A stretch of 62,906 bases of DNA, counting the filler, from Folioceros fuciformis (taxonomy: Eukaryota): NCBI GenBank assembly GCA_049999805.1. It is 4 parts of 4 records of this genome, joined end to end, with 100 filler letters (N's around TTAATTAATTAA, not from the genome) between each part and the next. Parts side by side here need not be neighbours in the genome. Positions count along the whole stretch, not along the records: positions 21,380 to 52,458 come from JBNGIO010006289.1; 3 more parts are not named here. One strand, 5' to 3'. Shown one piece after another: positions 36,001-48,799 of the stretch (position 1 is its first letter; each line of letters opens with the position of its first letter). The notes below the pieces were generated by a model. The model did not search any database and was not told where the DNA came from. It worked only from the letters and a program-made list of their open reading frames with translations. The position numbers and the translations under genes are program-made.

Positions 36001-37087
36001 CTCAAATGCAGATGTTATCGACTTTGAGTGTTAGGGTTATGAAATAGGAATGTGGACACCCCTGTATTGCATATCATACCATATTTTTTAACTTAATGGA
36101 CATGACCATATTGGCAAGGCAATGTGTGGTTATTAGGGCATCCAAATATGGCCATCACTTAATAAAGATTTTTTTGTATTTTTCTTTATGACACGTCGCA
36201 TAAATCATTTTCATGACACATCTCATTATACCTTTCAGGGTTCAAGGGCACAAATGGTGACTTGTCAAGTCACCATGTTCGCTATCACCTCCTTCAGGCA
36301 AACCAAGTTCATTGCCCTTGAGGCAAGGATTGAGGCGAGCCAAGTCTATCTTCATTGAGGCAACAACTGTGTTATAACACCTTCACCAACAGAAAGATAG
36401 GGAATGGAACCAAACGATATTTATTCCAAGCATGTGAGGGCAATATGACCCAACAATAGTTTAGGAGCAAAATCATGGAATCCATATACCTTTACTAGAA
36501 GACCCTACACTTCTGCAAAGATTAGAGAAGGCAAATGCTGTTCCACTCCCATGGAGTGGCCTCCTCTTTGGTCCATGGTTGTAGGTACACCTTCAATGGC
36601 TCCATCCTACTCCTACATTTTGTACACAACACAACATTGTTAAATCAAAGCGAAGCCAATACATGTCAAGTTCATACCCTCCAAGCCCTTTGCATACGAA
36701 TTGTCACAAGCAACCTGTAGGGCTCAGACAATAGACACAAGGGTGTGTAAGGCATTTTCAATGACTACAATTGGAATATGCAACGTGCAAGGCAATTTGC
36801 AATTGCAAGTTACAAGAATATATGGAAGGTAATGTTGGAGGCACTCTGCAACTACACTAGATGTACTCATGGGCAACACAATGTTGATGGGGTTTCGCAA
36901 GGCCTGTATCAAGGCAACCTGCACCCACAACTTTTAAGGCAATACGTAGCATGAAATATGCAATACAAACAACAAGGCAAAAATCTGCAGCTACAACTTG
37001 ATCTACAATCCTCAAGGCAATTTGAACCTTCCATCTATAAGGAAATCTACAATTAAGATCAACAACTGCACAATGCTCTCGCCATCG

Positions 37088-37335
37088 CTAAGGCCATCTG
37101 CAAGCCCAACTATAAGACACTCAATACTCTTGCTACCCCTAAGGCCATCTACAAGCCCAAATGTAAGACACACTTGGTACTCTTACCACCCCTAAGGTCA
37201 TATGCAAGCCTAATCATAAGACACACTTAGCTCTCTTCCCAACCCTAAGGTCATCTGCAGGCCCAATTGTAAGACACACTTAGTACTCTTGTCACCCCTA
37301 AGGCCATATGCAAGCCTAAGTGTAAGACACCCTTA
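37088..37335. repeat. ~53-bp tandem repeat x4-5
   Basis: CTAAGGCCATCTGCAAGCCCAA.TGTAAGACACAC...CTCTT..CACCC recurs in tandem. Confidence 0.8.
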
Positions 37336-38788
37336 GTTGAGATCAAACCTTCCAATCCCTACTTGCAGTTGCTCACCCCAGCATGTGTAAGAGAGTTACA
37401 CCCACAACGATTGGTAATGTGCACGCAATCTACAGGGCAAGCTATAAGGCAATCTACAAGGGCACTATGCAACGTAGTGTGCATGGACCATTTGCAAGAC
37501 ACTCTGCATGGACCATCTACAAAGTAGTGTGCCAAGACAATCTTCAACCTATTGTGCCCAGTGTGCAAGGACAATATGCAAGTTCTACTCATCTGCAAAG
37601 TAGTGTGTTCGATTAATCTTCAACCTACTATGCCCACTATGCAAGGACAATATGCAAGTTCTACTCACTTTGCAAGGCAACCTGCAAGGCCAATGTAGTC
37701 TAGTGGCACAATATGCTAATGCGAATTGAGGTCCGAGGGTTTCCTACATAATGTGGGGAGAAAAATAACATCAATGAGCTTGTGCACTGAGAAGAAAGAA
37801 AGTTATGGACAAGAAAAGAATGTTCATTATTACTGATCGGTCACAAGGGTGGTAATCACAAAAGAAAAAAAATATTTGTTTTGTAGGGCAATACCAAATG
37901 TGATTAATCCATAGGGTAGCAATCACTAAAAAAAAGAAAGACCGTATTGTAAGGCAATACATAATGTGATTAATCCATAGGGTGACAATTACTGAAAAAA
38001 AGAAAGTATGTATTGTAAGGCAATACATAATGTGAAGCCGTATCATAGGGTAGTACATAATGTAAAGTCCGTATCGTAGGGCAGTACATAATGTGACATG
38101 CAACCCAGATGTTGTAGAATATTTATGTACAATATATGGTTGAGGAAAAAACAAATTAATTATGCATTGAATGTGTGCATGGATATGGAGTCCATATTGG
38201 TATTTCATATATGCCTCATCATTTAAAATGATTTTTTTCTTTAAAAATCCTCGTTCCATCCTTCTTTTACAAGAATTATTTTTCTAAATAAAAAAACTCT
38301 CACTGCAGCTCTTCTTTAATAAAAATTTTTCCTACGTAAAATTCGTCGGTACATCGACTTAGCTGCCCACAGGGAGGCGACCGGTACTCCCAGAGAGTTA
38401 TACGTTTCCTTTCGGTTACTGCTGTTTACTTTGCATCATACCTATCAAGAGTCTTCTACCGAGGACAGACTGTACACTAGGCTATAGCTCGCGTAGGCAC
38501 TAGGTCCTAGACATATGCAAGCATCCGGGAGCATTGCCCCCTTAAGCAAGCATTGGGGCTCCCCTTAAATTTGGGCCAGGTGCTCCACATGCCGTGAAAG
38601 TGAAAGCGTACATCTGCGAACTCATTAAAGTGAAAAGAGATAGTTGAAATGGGCAGCCCATCTCGCACGGTTCCTTGCACTTTCAGGCTACACCCTGGCC
38701 ATCACCCACATCAATGGCACGATAAATAATTTCCTTGGATTCTTCTTGCAGAGCAGGCACAAATGAAAGGCTACCGATGACACAGCAT

Positions 38789-39810
38789 CTAGTCGTCATC
38801 CTCAGAGTCATCCTTGGAGTCACTCTGTCGAACACTCCGCCTCGTTTGGACGGGAGCTTTCTCTTTACTTACGGCCCCGTCCAGGAAAAGATATCCTCCT
38901 CTTGCGAGTCTCTCCTCAAGATCTTCAGTGGTGAAATCGTCCTTGCCACCGAGCTCGTCAAATCCAACCTGTGGGTGCGACCGATTGATCAGACACATTC
39001 AGGCTCTTTCGAGCTGAAGAAGAGCCAGCAACTGACAGGACAAGAGGACTGGAACTTACCACGTAGTCATTGACTTTGGCATCCTTGATGAGGGCCAGGG
39101 TTGGTAGCACAACTATCTTCAACTTCTCTGTAAGGAAGGGACTCTTTTCTGCGTTAATTTTCACAAACAGAGTCTCCATATGCTGCTTGCACAGAATAGT
39201 CAGATGTTTGTCCACAACCTGCAGCATGAGGGTGTTCAGCTATCATCTTCTAATGCAGGCATAGCACCGGACTCCACCCAAAGCACACACAATAAGAACT
39301 TCATATCACGCCGTCGCCAGCAATTCGACTTCCATGGTGAGGGACGAACATCACAAGGAGATTACAAGGTGCTGCTGCGAGAAAATCACCTTGCACGGCC
39401 AGTTTTCCCTAAAAAAGTGGCAAACAACACGTTCGTTCGCCTTCACCTTGACGAAAAACTCCTTCTCGCTCTGCAGTTCCGAGTACTCGCCGTGTCCCTG
39501 GGCAAGCCATTCCTGTCGCTTGGCAGCTAGTTTCTTCATCTGCTGCAATCTCCGCTCCCGCAGCTGCTCGAGGTCGTCCTCATCCAAGCGTTCCAATCTG
39601 TCGATCTGCTCATCTAACTGCTGCTCTATAACCTTAGCTGCAGTCAACACCTGATCCTCCACAACCTGCACGCACAACCTCCGTCCCTCAGATCCTGTTG
39701 CTCCAATCGTGAACACCAACCATCCCACTCCAACGCAGGACAGTGATCCAACTACCCGAGGCAAGCACTGCCACTGCTCTTACCTTCTGGATGACAGCCG
39801 TGCTGGCCAT
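38789..39810 (-). CDS. TXNDC9: Thioredoxin domain-containing protein 9 / phosducin-like PLP3, 213 aa, 4 exons
   Basis: Exons 39810-39784, 39665-39390, 39218-39060 and 38968-38789 encode LRERRLQQMK..GHGEY..VVCHFFRENWPCKVVDKHL..FVKINAEKSPFL..VGFDELGGKDDF. Confidence 0.95.
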
Positions 39811-40469
39811 GCTCGCTCTTTCCGCCACCGCACCCGCACGCGCAGATCTGGATGTGTAAAATTGTGGCAGATCACACGGCCGTAAAGCAACTTATCCGGC
39901 AGCTCCCCTGCAGTCATCTAATCCCATGGCCCTGGCGGCAAGCAGGCAGCAGCTCCATCTCCAGCAAACCGACGAATTGCGAGAATGCGCATGCGCTTCC
40001 CGCCATCTTCCAACCGGCAAACTGTAACCAAGCCAATCCCTAAACTGTTAACAGCTCGGTAAATCGTAAAACACAACTACCACCTTTTTTATTGGACAAC
40101 GGAGATCGCATAGCACGGGAAGTTTGCTTCCAATCCTTCCTTAGTGTGCGACACAATGTCAGCCACCGATGACAACGAATCATCAACTCCTGGTGCAGAC
40201 ATCTGTACTCCTCATTCTGTGGACACAAGGTGTCCGAATGCAGAACGATCCAACAGCTGCGAACGCCCTCTTCCGCAGCGTACTGGTGGCTTGGCCTGCC
40301 GGTCAGAGATTGCTTAGCCTCAGCCGTGGGCGTGGGCTCTCACTTGGGGAGGGCGGTTGTGCATGATTAGAATTGCACCGGGACTGCGGCAGACTGTGAG
40401 TGGCTGCTGGCCAGCAGATAGTGCTGCACCATCATTGGACGGAGGAGTGAGGAATCGGAGCTGGACGCG

Positions 40470-42889
40470 ATGAATTCCGTGGGCTTGTCTTCCTTGTCAC
40501 ACCGAGTCCCTGGGGCCTCGACTTCATCATGCGGTTGCCAAAATGCTGTGGTATCGCGGGCAGTTGCCGCACGGTGTCGGCAGGGCGCAGTCCAAGGAGA
40601 GCGGAACAAATTGGCTGCCGTGTCTAGATGGACAGATTCGTGCTTGCCTTCATACAGGAGAAGGTGTTGGGAAGTTTGGCACGGTACACAAAGGAAGCGG
40701 GAGACCACGATGTCTTTGGTGGCGCCTGATAGCCACAGCATTCTCTACGGCGTGCTTGCAGCCTGCGCAGCCATCGGGCAGGTAACAATTCTGGCCTCTG
40801 CGTTCTTGTGGGCTGCGGTGAAGGACTAATGGTACGGAAGCAAATCAGATTGTGGAGTCGAGGACCAAATGGGGGGCCCGGGTGTCAGCTCCTCTTCTGG
40901 CCATGGGAGTGGGCATGGCGCTTTCTGCAGCTCAAATTTTACCGTCTGCTGCACCAACCTATGAATCGGTGATATGTCTTGCTGAATGGCGAGGATTGTT
41001 GCAGGGTCGAATTGACTCCGGCACGACCCCAGCTGCTGAAATGTTAACATGTGGATTGCTGAGGCTGCAGGTGTTCAGCGCTCTGATGCCCATGGCAGTT
41101 GGCCTGTCGCTTCTGGAAACCGATGTTGCGAGTGCCTTCACTGACGCTGGTGCGATTTTGGTGCAGCGCAATCGTTACTCTGGTTGCCAATGGGTGGAGT
41201 CGGGCCACCTCATGCGTTGACTGAACCATGCTGAACGCAATGCAGGCTCAACGCTGAAAGCCTTTGCGTTTGGGTCTATCGGGACGATCCTAGGGACTAT
41301 TCTGGGCTACTGGTGCATCGGCAGGCAGCTTGGGTCAGATGGATGGAAGGTGTAAGAGAGGCTGTACGTCTTGAGCTGCTCTGCGTTTCAGCAACTTGCC
41401 GACCTGATGGCTTGACCTTGAATGCTCTCCGCTTGTGCTAGATCGCATCGGCCTTGTGTTCAAGCTACGTCGGAGGTAGCATCAACTACGCTGCTACAGC
41501 TCAGGTCAGTGTACTTGAGCTCTACATGTTGCACAGATCTAGTACACCAAGTCTTCATTTCTCTCAATTCATCAACTTGGGTTTGGTGGCGCACTGCAGG
41601 CTTTGGGCTTGACTTCCGGGAGCACCTTAGCAGCTGGAATGGCTGCAGACAATCTTGCTATGGCGGTATATTTTAGCATCATCATGTCAATCCCCGATGA
41701 TAGTGCAAAACGAGCGGAGGGGGTGGAAGCTGCAGGTTGGTACTGACATTCCGGACTGAGCTGAGAGGAAGGTGACTCTTTCTAAAGCTCCTTCGCGTAC
41801 AAAAAACCTGACACGGAGTACCTAGGTGTGGACCTGACCGCCACCAGCATCAGATGCGGCACAGAAAACTGATCCTCAATCGACTGTGGAAACGATCGCT
41901 ATCTCCATAGCTGCAGCTGCATTGGCTTGCACTTTGGGAAGTGCCATTGCGTCAGTCCTTCCTCCTTCATTCGCAGGTCTGAACTCGGCACATGTGGTAG
42001 GCTCTGAGGCATGTAATCATCGCATGGCTTCCTCAACACCTTTCTGCTTGTTCGTTCAGGTTCGGGGCTAGCCATTATGGCAGTAGTCGCGTCGCTCTTC
42101 TCAGCTGGTGGCGCAAGAGTGTGTGGTGTGACGGATGGCGCAAGGGTACCACTGTTTGCTGGCTCGCAAACACTTGGTGGAGCTCTCATGCTTTTCTTCT
42201 TCTCTGTGGTAATTTGTCCTTCACCCCGGTCAACTGTAGACAACTCGCATCACCATGATCCGATCGCGCTCAATCCGGACACTGCCTTCTCAGATCGGAG
42301 CCTCAACGAATCCAATAGAAGCGGTGAGGGGTGGCTGGGCTCTGGTGGTCTTCATTCTTACGATCATGCTGGTAAGCACCGTCTCAGAGTCGCCTCACCT
42401 TCAGCATCTACACCTTTGCCATTGAACTCCAGTCTATCCATTCACTTGTGTGCATGCAGGTGCACTTGGCCATCACCCTCGGTCTTGGACGCTTAGCTCG
42501 CCTTCCTATGCGAACTGTAAGCTACCTTCTTTTTCCCACCAATCAATTGCACGTAGACTAAATGTCGTATTCACTGAACCCTGGATGGTGCACGCGAGCA
42601 GCTTCTGGTCGCTTCTAATGCAAACATAGGAGGCCCCGCCACAGCTGCAGCTATGGCCAATGCCAGGGGCTGGCCCGGACTGGTAAGCCCCCGCCGCCCC
42701 TGGATGCAAGGAGAATTCTGGCCTTGACCTGGAGCAGGCCAGGAAGGATCTAAGGCCTCGCTTCGCTCTGTCTGTTTCTTGTGGCTACCTCAGGTGCGGC
42801 CTGCATTGGTTGTGGGCACGTTTGGCTATACAATTGGCACAATCGTGGGGTGTGTGGTAGGTGTTCGTTTGTTGCAACACATGCTGTGA
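40470..42889 (+). CDS. DUF819 family multi-pass membrane protein (probable plastid transit peptide), multi-exon
   Basis: Exons give ESRTKWGARVSAPLL, AFAFGSIGTILG, GWKIASALCSSYVGGSINYAATAQ, AGMAADNLAMAVYF, ASNANIGGPATAAAMA and GTFGYTIGT; stop TGA at 42887-42889. Confidence 0.9.
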
Positions 42890-44057
42890 GCAACGAGCTA
42901 AAGGGATATGCCCACTAAACATACATCGTGTCCAAACAACGACCCACCAAATGATGCACGCTCAGCAATTTCTTCACACCCTTCACATGTCACCCGGAAC
43001 CCGCTAAACGATGCATGCTGAGTATTCGCTGCACATGTACCCTTCCGCGATGCGGTGCGGTCTCCCAATCTTGCCTGGAAGTCTTCTTCCAACATCTCTG
43101 CTGTTGTGACTTCGCTTCTTCACACCATCCGTTTCGCCCGTGACTTTGGGGACAAGGAGGGCATGAAGGGTCCAACACCAAGGGAATATCCACGGAAGAA
43201 ACCAGGAGAAGGTCTTCCCAGAGAAGGTACAAGCAGCCACCCAGACCCCCGAAATATCTAACAGACCCAAGAAAGATATGAAATGTTGAAGGCACGAGCA
43301 AAGACGGAGAGAGCTTCTGGAAGGTCGACGATGGAAGCAGTGCAGTCTTCAGGAATAAGGGCGGAGTAAGATGTGCTCAGAGGGAGAAGAGAGCTTTCAA
43401 ATGCTGGAGGAAGACAGTAGTGAATGTAGAAGGGGCAAGAGATCATGAACATCGAAGGCAAAGGTGTGTGTGTGTGGTCAAGGGACGGGGGAAGACGAGC
43501 CTGCGTTTGAGAGACCAGCGTGGGTATAAAGGGAAGAGAGGGGAAGAGTGCGACGACAGAGAGAGAGAGTCTGGGCTGGGCTGGGCTCGGCGAGCCGAGC
43601 CGACCCGAGTCTGGCCTCGCGTTGTGTGTAAAATATGCACACACTGGCAGGGCCCGCGGATGGCAGGCTGCAGCCGGGGAAGGCGAACTCTGGCATCAGA
43701 TTGCGCCGGCCTTGCCCACTGCCTGCACGCAGGCTGCAGCTGCGTGCACCCGCGCCCGCACCGGGGGTCTGCACAGCCCTCGCCATGCCGCCATCCCCTG
43801 CTCGCCTCCTGCGTCTGCTGGTCACAGCCCACTCCGCAACGGCAGCAGCCCCCGCTCGGGATTTGGCTGCTCTCAGAGTGGCCGCAGCTTCAGCAGCAGT
43901 CCGCCTGCCTGCCTCGCTCGCTCTGCTCGCTTCCGGAAACATCACCAACGGCTGCCTGCTCTGGTGCCCAACACGCCACCTGCTGCTCCTGTTCTTCTGC
44001 AGGTGGTGGTGGCAGTGGAGCACGCCCGGATGATTCTGCTAGCGTCGCCTTCGCGTA

Positions 44058-47000
44058 ATGATTCCGTCCCCGTCCGTCTTGGCCCATCTCCTGTCAGTGC
44101 TCCTCCTCCTCACAGCCCTGCTGGGTAAGCATTCTCCATCTCCCTTTCGCTGCCTTCGATCCGCGATTTCTCTGCCTTCGGCTAAACGTCTGCTTGCTGA
44201 TCCGCAGACGGCCCTTCCGCCGCTGCCCAGGAATTCCCCACAATTGTGCCGGATTCCAGCTGCATGCGCGACACCATCCAGCCGGGTACTAATATAACCT
44301 ACAGGATACTCCTGCGCAACTGCCTCCCTGCGCTGGATAGCGATCAGGGCTTCCTGCACCTGGACGTCTGGCCTGCCGATGCCGATCCCGATGCCGATGG
44401 TCCCCACGTTGATAAATCTCTGAGATGGGGTTATGGCTCTGGGTCGGAGGTGAAGCTGGATGTCAACATGTCCGGCGGCGGCAACCGAACCTTTCCCTGG
44501 ATCGGTATGTGCATCCGTATGATTACCAATCTCCGTGCGCTATCCACACTGTGTCCATCCAGATGCCTCATTCTGTGTTTGTGTCCACCATTCCAGTCGA
44601 CGGACACTTCCTCCCTATTACCATACCTGTGGAGAAACACAGTGAAGAGCTTAGCTGGTTTGCGAATTTAGCTACAACAGCCAACTCTGCTGATATTGTG
44701 ATCAAAGCTTGGTGCTCTGGTGAGTGCTCTGCTCCACAGTCTGTTTTCCGCGTTTGTTATGCTCCTTGCATTTTGCTTTTGGTTTCATTCAATCGCGTCT
44801 CATGGATAATGCTTTGACCAGACACGCAATCTTGCGTCCAAAACTGTAGTGCCCCAAGTGGACTATGCGTGGGCCCAAGGACCTGCAGATGTTTGAGGGC
44901 CAGTGTGGACACCCCTTGTGCTCCGGGTAAGCGTTGGACTCGCGACGCAAACGCTTCATCTGGTAGTCCATCAGCGGGCAAGCTCGTTTCTTACGTTCCT
45001 GTTTGTCTCCTTTTGCAGCTGTCGAGCCTATACCTCCGTTCCAGAACCCAGAATTGGGAGGCGTCGTGGGTCCCTTACAATTCACGATTGGACCTGGCGT
45101 GTGGAGGTTTTACAGTTTTGAGGTATGATGAGCAACATTCTTCAAGTTGATGGTCCTTGTGTTCGACCACCTTCAGCTACGGTCATTCCATTCGGCGTTG
45201 TCTTGAACTTTTCCTTCTGACGGGATTTGTCATGCTGATGCCAGAAAACGTGTTATACTGAGCCATATATCGATTCCTGTTGTCAGGTGCCTGGTGGTGA
45301 TGGCCGATTTTTGGCAGAGATTTCTCGGGCGTATGGTGATGTGGCGCTCTTTGTAAAGCCTTCAAATCCTGACCTTCCTTTACAGAGCCTGCCTTCAGAG
45401 CCTGACCTAGATGTTTACAGTGACAAGCTCAGCTACCTCAGCAGACTGAGCCATCATCATTTGAACGGAACTGGAGCAGGACGGTTTCATGTTGGGATAT
45501 TGAACAGCAACACTTGCGTACAACAGTCAGCACAAGTTAATCTAACTATATGGGCAGCCCCTCTTTCCAGCGATGTGGCCTTCTGCCCCTTGAACTGTTC
45601 GCATCCTAATGGGCTATGTGTCCAAGGTGGTGTGTGTCAGTGTAAAGATGACTATGGTGGACATTTCTGTGAAAGTAGTAAGTCTCTCTCCAGCAGCAAT
45701 CCAAACACAATGCTTCATTCTAGACTTTGTGATAACTTTTGTAGGCCATGTCTAGCTGACCATGCTTCGAAATCTTCCAATTCTTCGTGCGTGAAACAGG
45801 CGTTCATGCAGTGAAACCGCATCGCAAAGTTGAGGGGACGCTGCATCCAGGCCAGGCAAGTTATCTCAGGCTGGAAGCGTCTGGCCTCAGTGAGAATGAC
45901 AACATCTTTATATCTTTCATCCGAAGCGGAGGATTCCCTGTTCTCGTTGCTCAAGCAAACAGGTTTCCAACTCTTACAGATTATTGTTTGCGTTTCTCCA
46001 CGTCAAACGCCACGGCTGTCACATCTGAGGAGTATGAACTGGACCCTTCAGTGGTTTCTCCAGAGGACTTGATTCTGGGGGTGTTTAATGTAGACTATGC
46101 AGTGCATGAAGACGTAACCTTTGAGATCTTGGTTGGCTTCAATTCAGGTTTCCGGCCAACCCCGTTTTCCTTTTCCTGCACAATGCCTGTCGTTCAAGGA
46201 AAATTGCTTTGGGTTGACATGCTTATGCTTTGCAGTTCGAAGAGCTAGGGCACTGAACACATGGATGATTCTCCTGGTGGCTCTTACGAGTTCTATGTTT
46301 ATATGTCTCTCCATGGGCATCTGCAAGATCTTAATGAATCACAGACGAGATGTTCGTGACATTGTCGAAGTGTCCAACGCCACTCACGCCCTTGCCGAGG
46401 TACTTTGCTCACAAGAAAAAGGCCGCCCTCTTTCAGTTGCAGCATCCCTAGATACACTGCGGTGTGCTTGCAAAGCTAAATGACTTTCATTGTCGCATTT
46501 CCTTCGCAGGGTATGGTTGGTACAGAAGAGTTAGATAAAACAGTGCTGGAAACATTTCCTCTCCTCATCTACAGGGAGGGCATTCTTGGGAAAGAAGAGA
46601 CCCAGTGAGTTGTACAAATGCGTTTTCTTAGAGACCTGTCCCTGCACACTCTCTTGCCCTGGGGTAGGGATTGACACGGAGCTTTACACCACGTGTGCAG
46701 GTGTCCAATATGTCTGAACGACTACGCTCCAGCGGAAGTGCTGTGCGCAGTTCCAGTATGTACACACATCTTCCATGTGCAGTGTATAAAGAAATGGCTA
46801 CGAAGCAACTTCAGCTGCCCTCTCTGCCGGATCTCCTTGCAGCATATAGCTCAATCAATACCGGAGGACTGGAGTAGCGGATCCAGCCTAACGTTTCCAG
46901 AGGGGGCCGATTTGGGGGCAACCCTTGGCCATGTACGGGAGACCCACGTCACCCAGCCTTCAGTCAGGGCCAACGCTGCCTATTCCTGGCTAGAGCCTCT

Positions 47001-47512
47001 CAGTGTAGGCGGTGTGGGATCAGGGCTTGCTGCGCGTACTCGCAGCATAGCCCCACCCGATGTAGCGTCCTCGTCTTCCTCGACCCTCAAGGTCTGCAGG
47101 TACGATTGATACCGGACCCGGTTTCCCTATGTGTAAGGTAGACCACATGAGCTGGTCAATGTTGCATCCCCGTTCATTTGTGTCAGAGCTTTCTTTGTAG
47201 ACTATGACTCGTCCGGAGCTGCCACTTCCAGCGCTTCCCTTCTTGCACCGCCATGGCGCACGGTGCCGGCGCCCGCTCGGCCTGACGGCATGGGATAGCA
47301 GCCCGTCGTTCGAAGCTGGAATGATCCCGGCCCCACCTTGCGAGACGCCAGCATTGAGTGAGATCGAACAGGAATCTGGGAGGGCGAATGTACCGGTGGT
47401 CCTGGATGGAAGTGTCGTCTGCGCAATGGTGTCCAGAGAGCGCAATGAATGTGAGCAAGCTCATCACGATGGCAGCCGCGTTCATCCGCTGCCTTTTTTT
47501 GGCAGCTGGTAA
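44058..47512 (+). CDS. Receptor-like RING-H2 E3 ligase: signal peptide, ectodomain with two EGF-like modules, TM, GLD-like motif, ATL-type RING-H2
   Basis: Phase-consistent GT-AG exons 44058-44124, 44208-44504, 44597-44719, 44822-44926, 45019-45122, 45287-45677, 45800-46147, 46236-46399, 46510-46604 and 46701 onward. It stops at 47109, or splices 47091>47201 and stops at 47512. EGF CPLNCSHPNGLCVQGGVCQCKDDYGGHFCE; RING CPICLNDY..PVCTHIFHVQCIKKWL..SCPLCR. Confidence 0.88.
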
Positions 47513-48799
47513 GGGATCAAAGGACGCCGTGCCAGCCTCCAGGTCAGGCAGGGCCAGGGCCAGGTTCAGGACCCTATAGCAGGAGTCGACTCATGAGAGG
47601 TCGGCATTGCGCTTGTAAGTTGCGGATACTGTAGCAAGCAAGGTGTCCATAATCTTGACTGTATGTACTTCTGCTGTGATTGCATGGAATCGGGATTTGC
47701 GCCAGGCGCCACCGTTGCTCCAGTCTCCAGCCCCGTCCACCATCCTCCACAGCTCCCGTTCAACGTCGACGCGGCGCCCAAACCGTTAGCGGGCCCCAAA
47801 GGTTCTTGCCGAGCCGCCCTTCCACTAAGCTTGTGACACGCAGGATGCAATCTACACGGGCTGCGCAAAAGACCATAAAGTGGCCCCTCCAGTGACATTC
47901 CCTCCTTCACCAGGAACACCATCAGTACGGACCTACGTATCTCTATGCTTCAGGTATGGTTTGTCCAAGAGGGAAGAAGAGGAACTTTTAACACCCTAAA
48001 GATAAGATACCATCACAGGATTGAAATGTAATAATCATTTATACCATAAAATTATATTTGATATTATTCCAAGACACCTTCAATTATTACATTAATTATT
48101 GATACGAGCTGGGCAGACCTTATTCTCCTTGCTATCCAAAGCCACTTGGCTTTCTCCAAGTTGAGCTCAACCTTCATTCTCCTTTCTCTCATGACTTGTG
48201 CACTTTTTGTCAAGTTTCTCAAGGTCTTTATCAAGGCATTTCATAACAAGAGAGTTGGTCTCCCTCTATCTCATTATAGGACTTTGGGGGAGTCCCATGA
48301 TAGGACTTGGAGACCTTCATTCTCCTTTCTCTCCAAGACTCATGCACTTTTCGTTAAGTTTCTCAAGGCCTTTGCTAAGGCATTCCATAACAAGAGCGTA
48401 GGTCTCCCTCCATCTTGTGACTATAGAGTTCATCTATCTCTATTTTGGAACTGCTCTCGCTCAATCTCATATTCTGACCTTCTTTCAACAACAAGTGTCC
48501 ATTTCTCTTAAAAGGGAGCTAACACATGCTATTTACAACGAGTGCAAGGGAGGGGGTGCAGCAACTCTAAAGGTAGATAGACTCTTTCAACTCCCAATTC
48601 ATTGGGCTTACCTTCATTCTCCTTAGTATATTGATAGCAAGGAGAATGAGGGTATGCGCATGAATGCATGTCTCGAGACTCCTTCCTTCTAGAGGCTGTG
48701 GTTTTGGATATATACCCTAAACCCGAAACCAATACCTTCCTCTCGATATATGGATAAGAGGGTATCCCCTTTTACAAGTGTCTATGAGGCAAGCCCTAT

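Noticed and set aside
43420-44128. Multiple overlapping 130-210 aa ORFs
   Set aside because: GC-rich promoter/5'UTR sequence is poor in stop codons; the translations are low-complexity with no domain.
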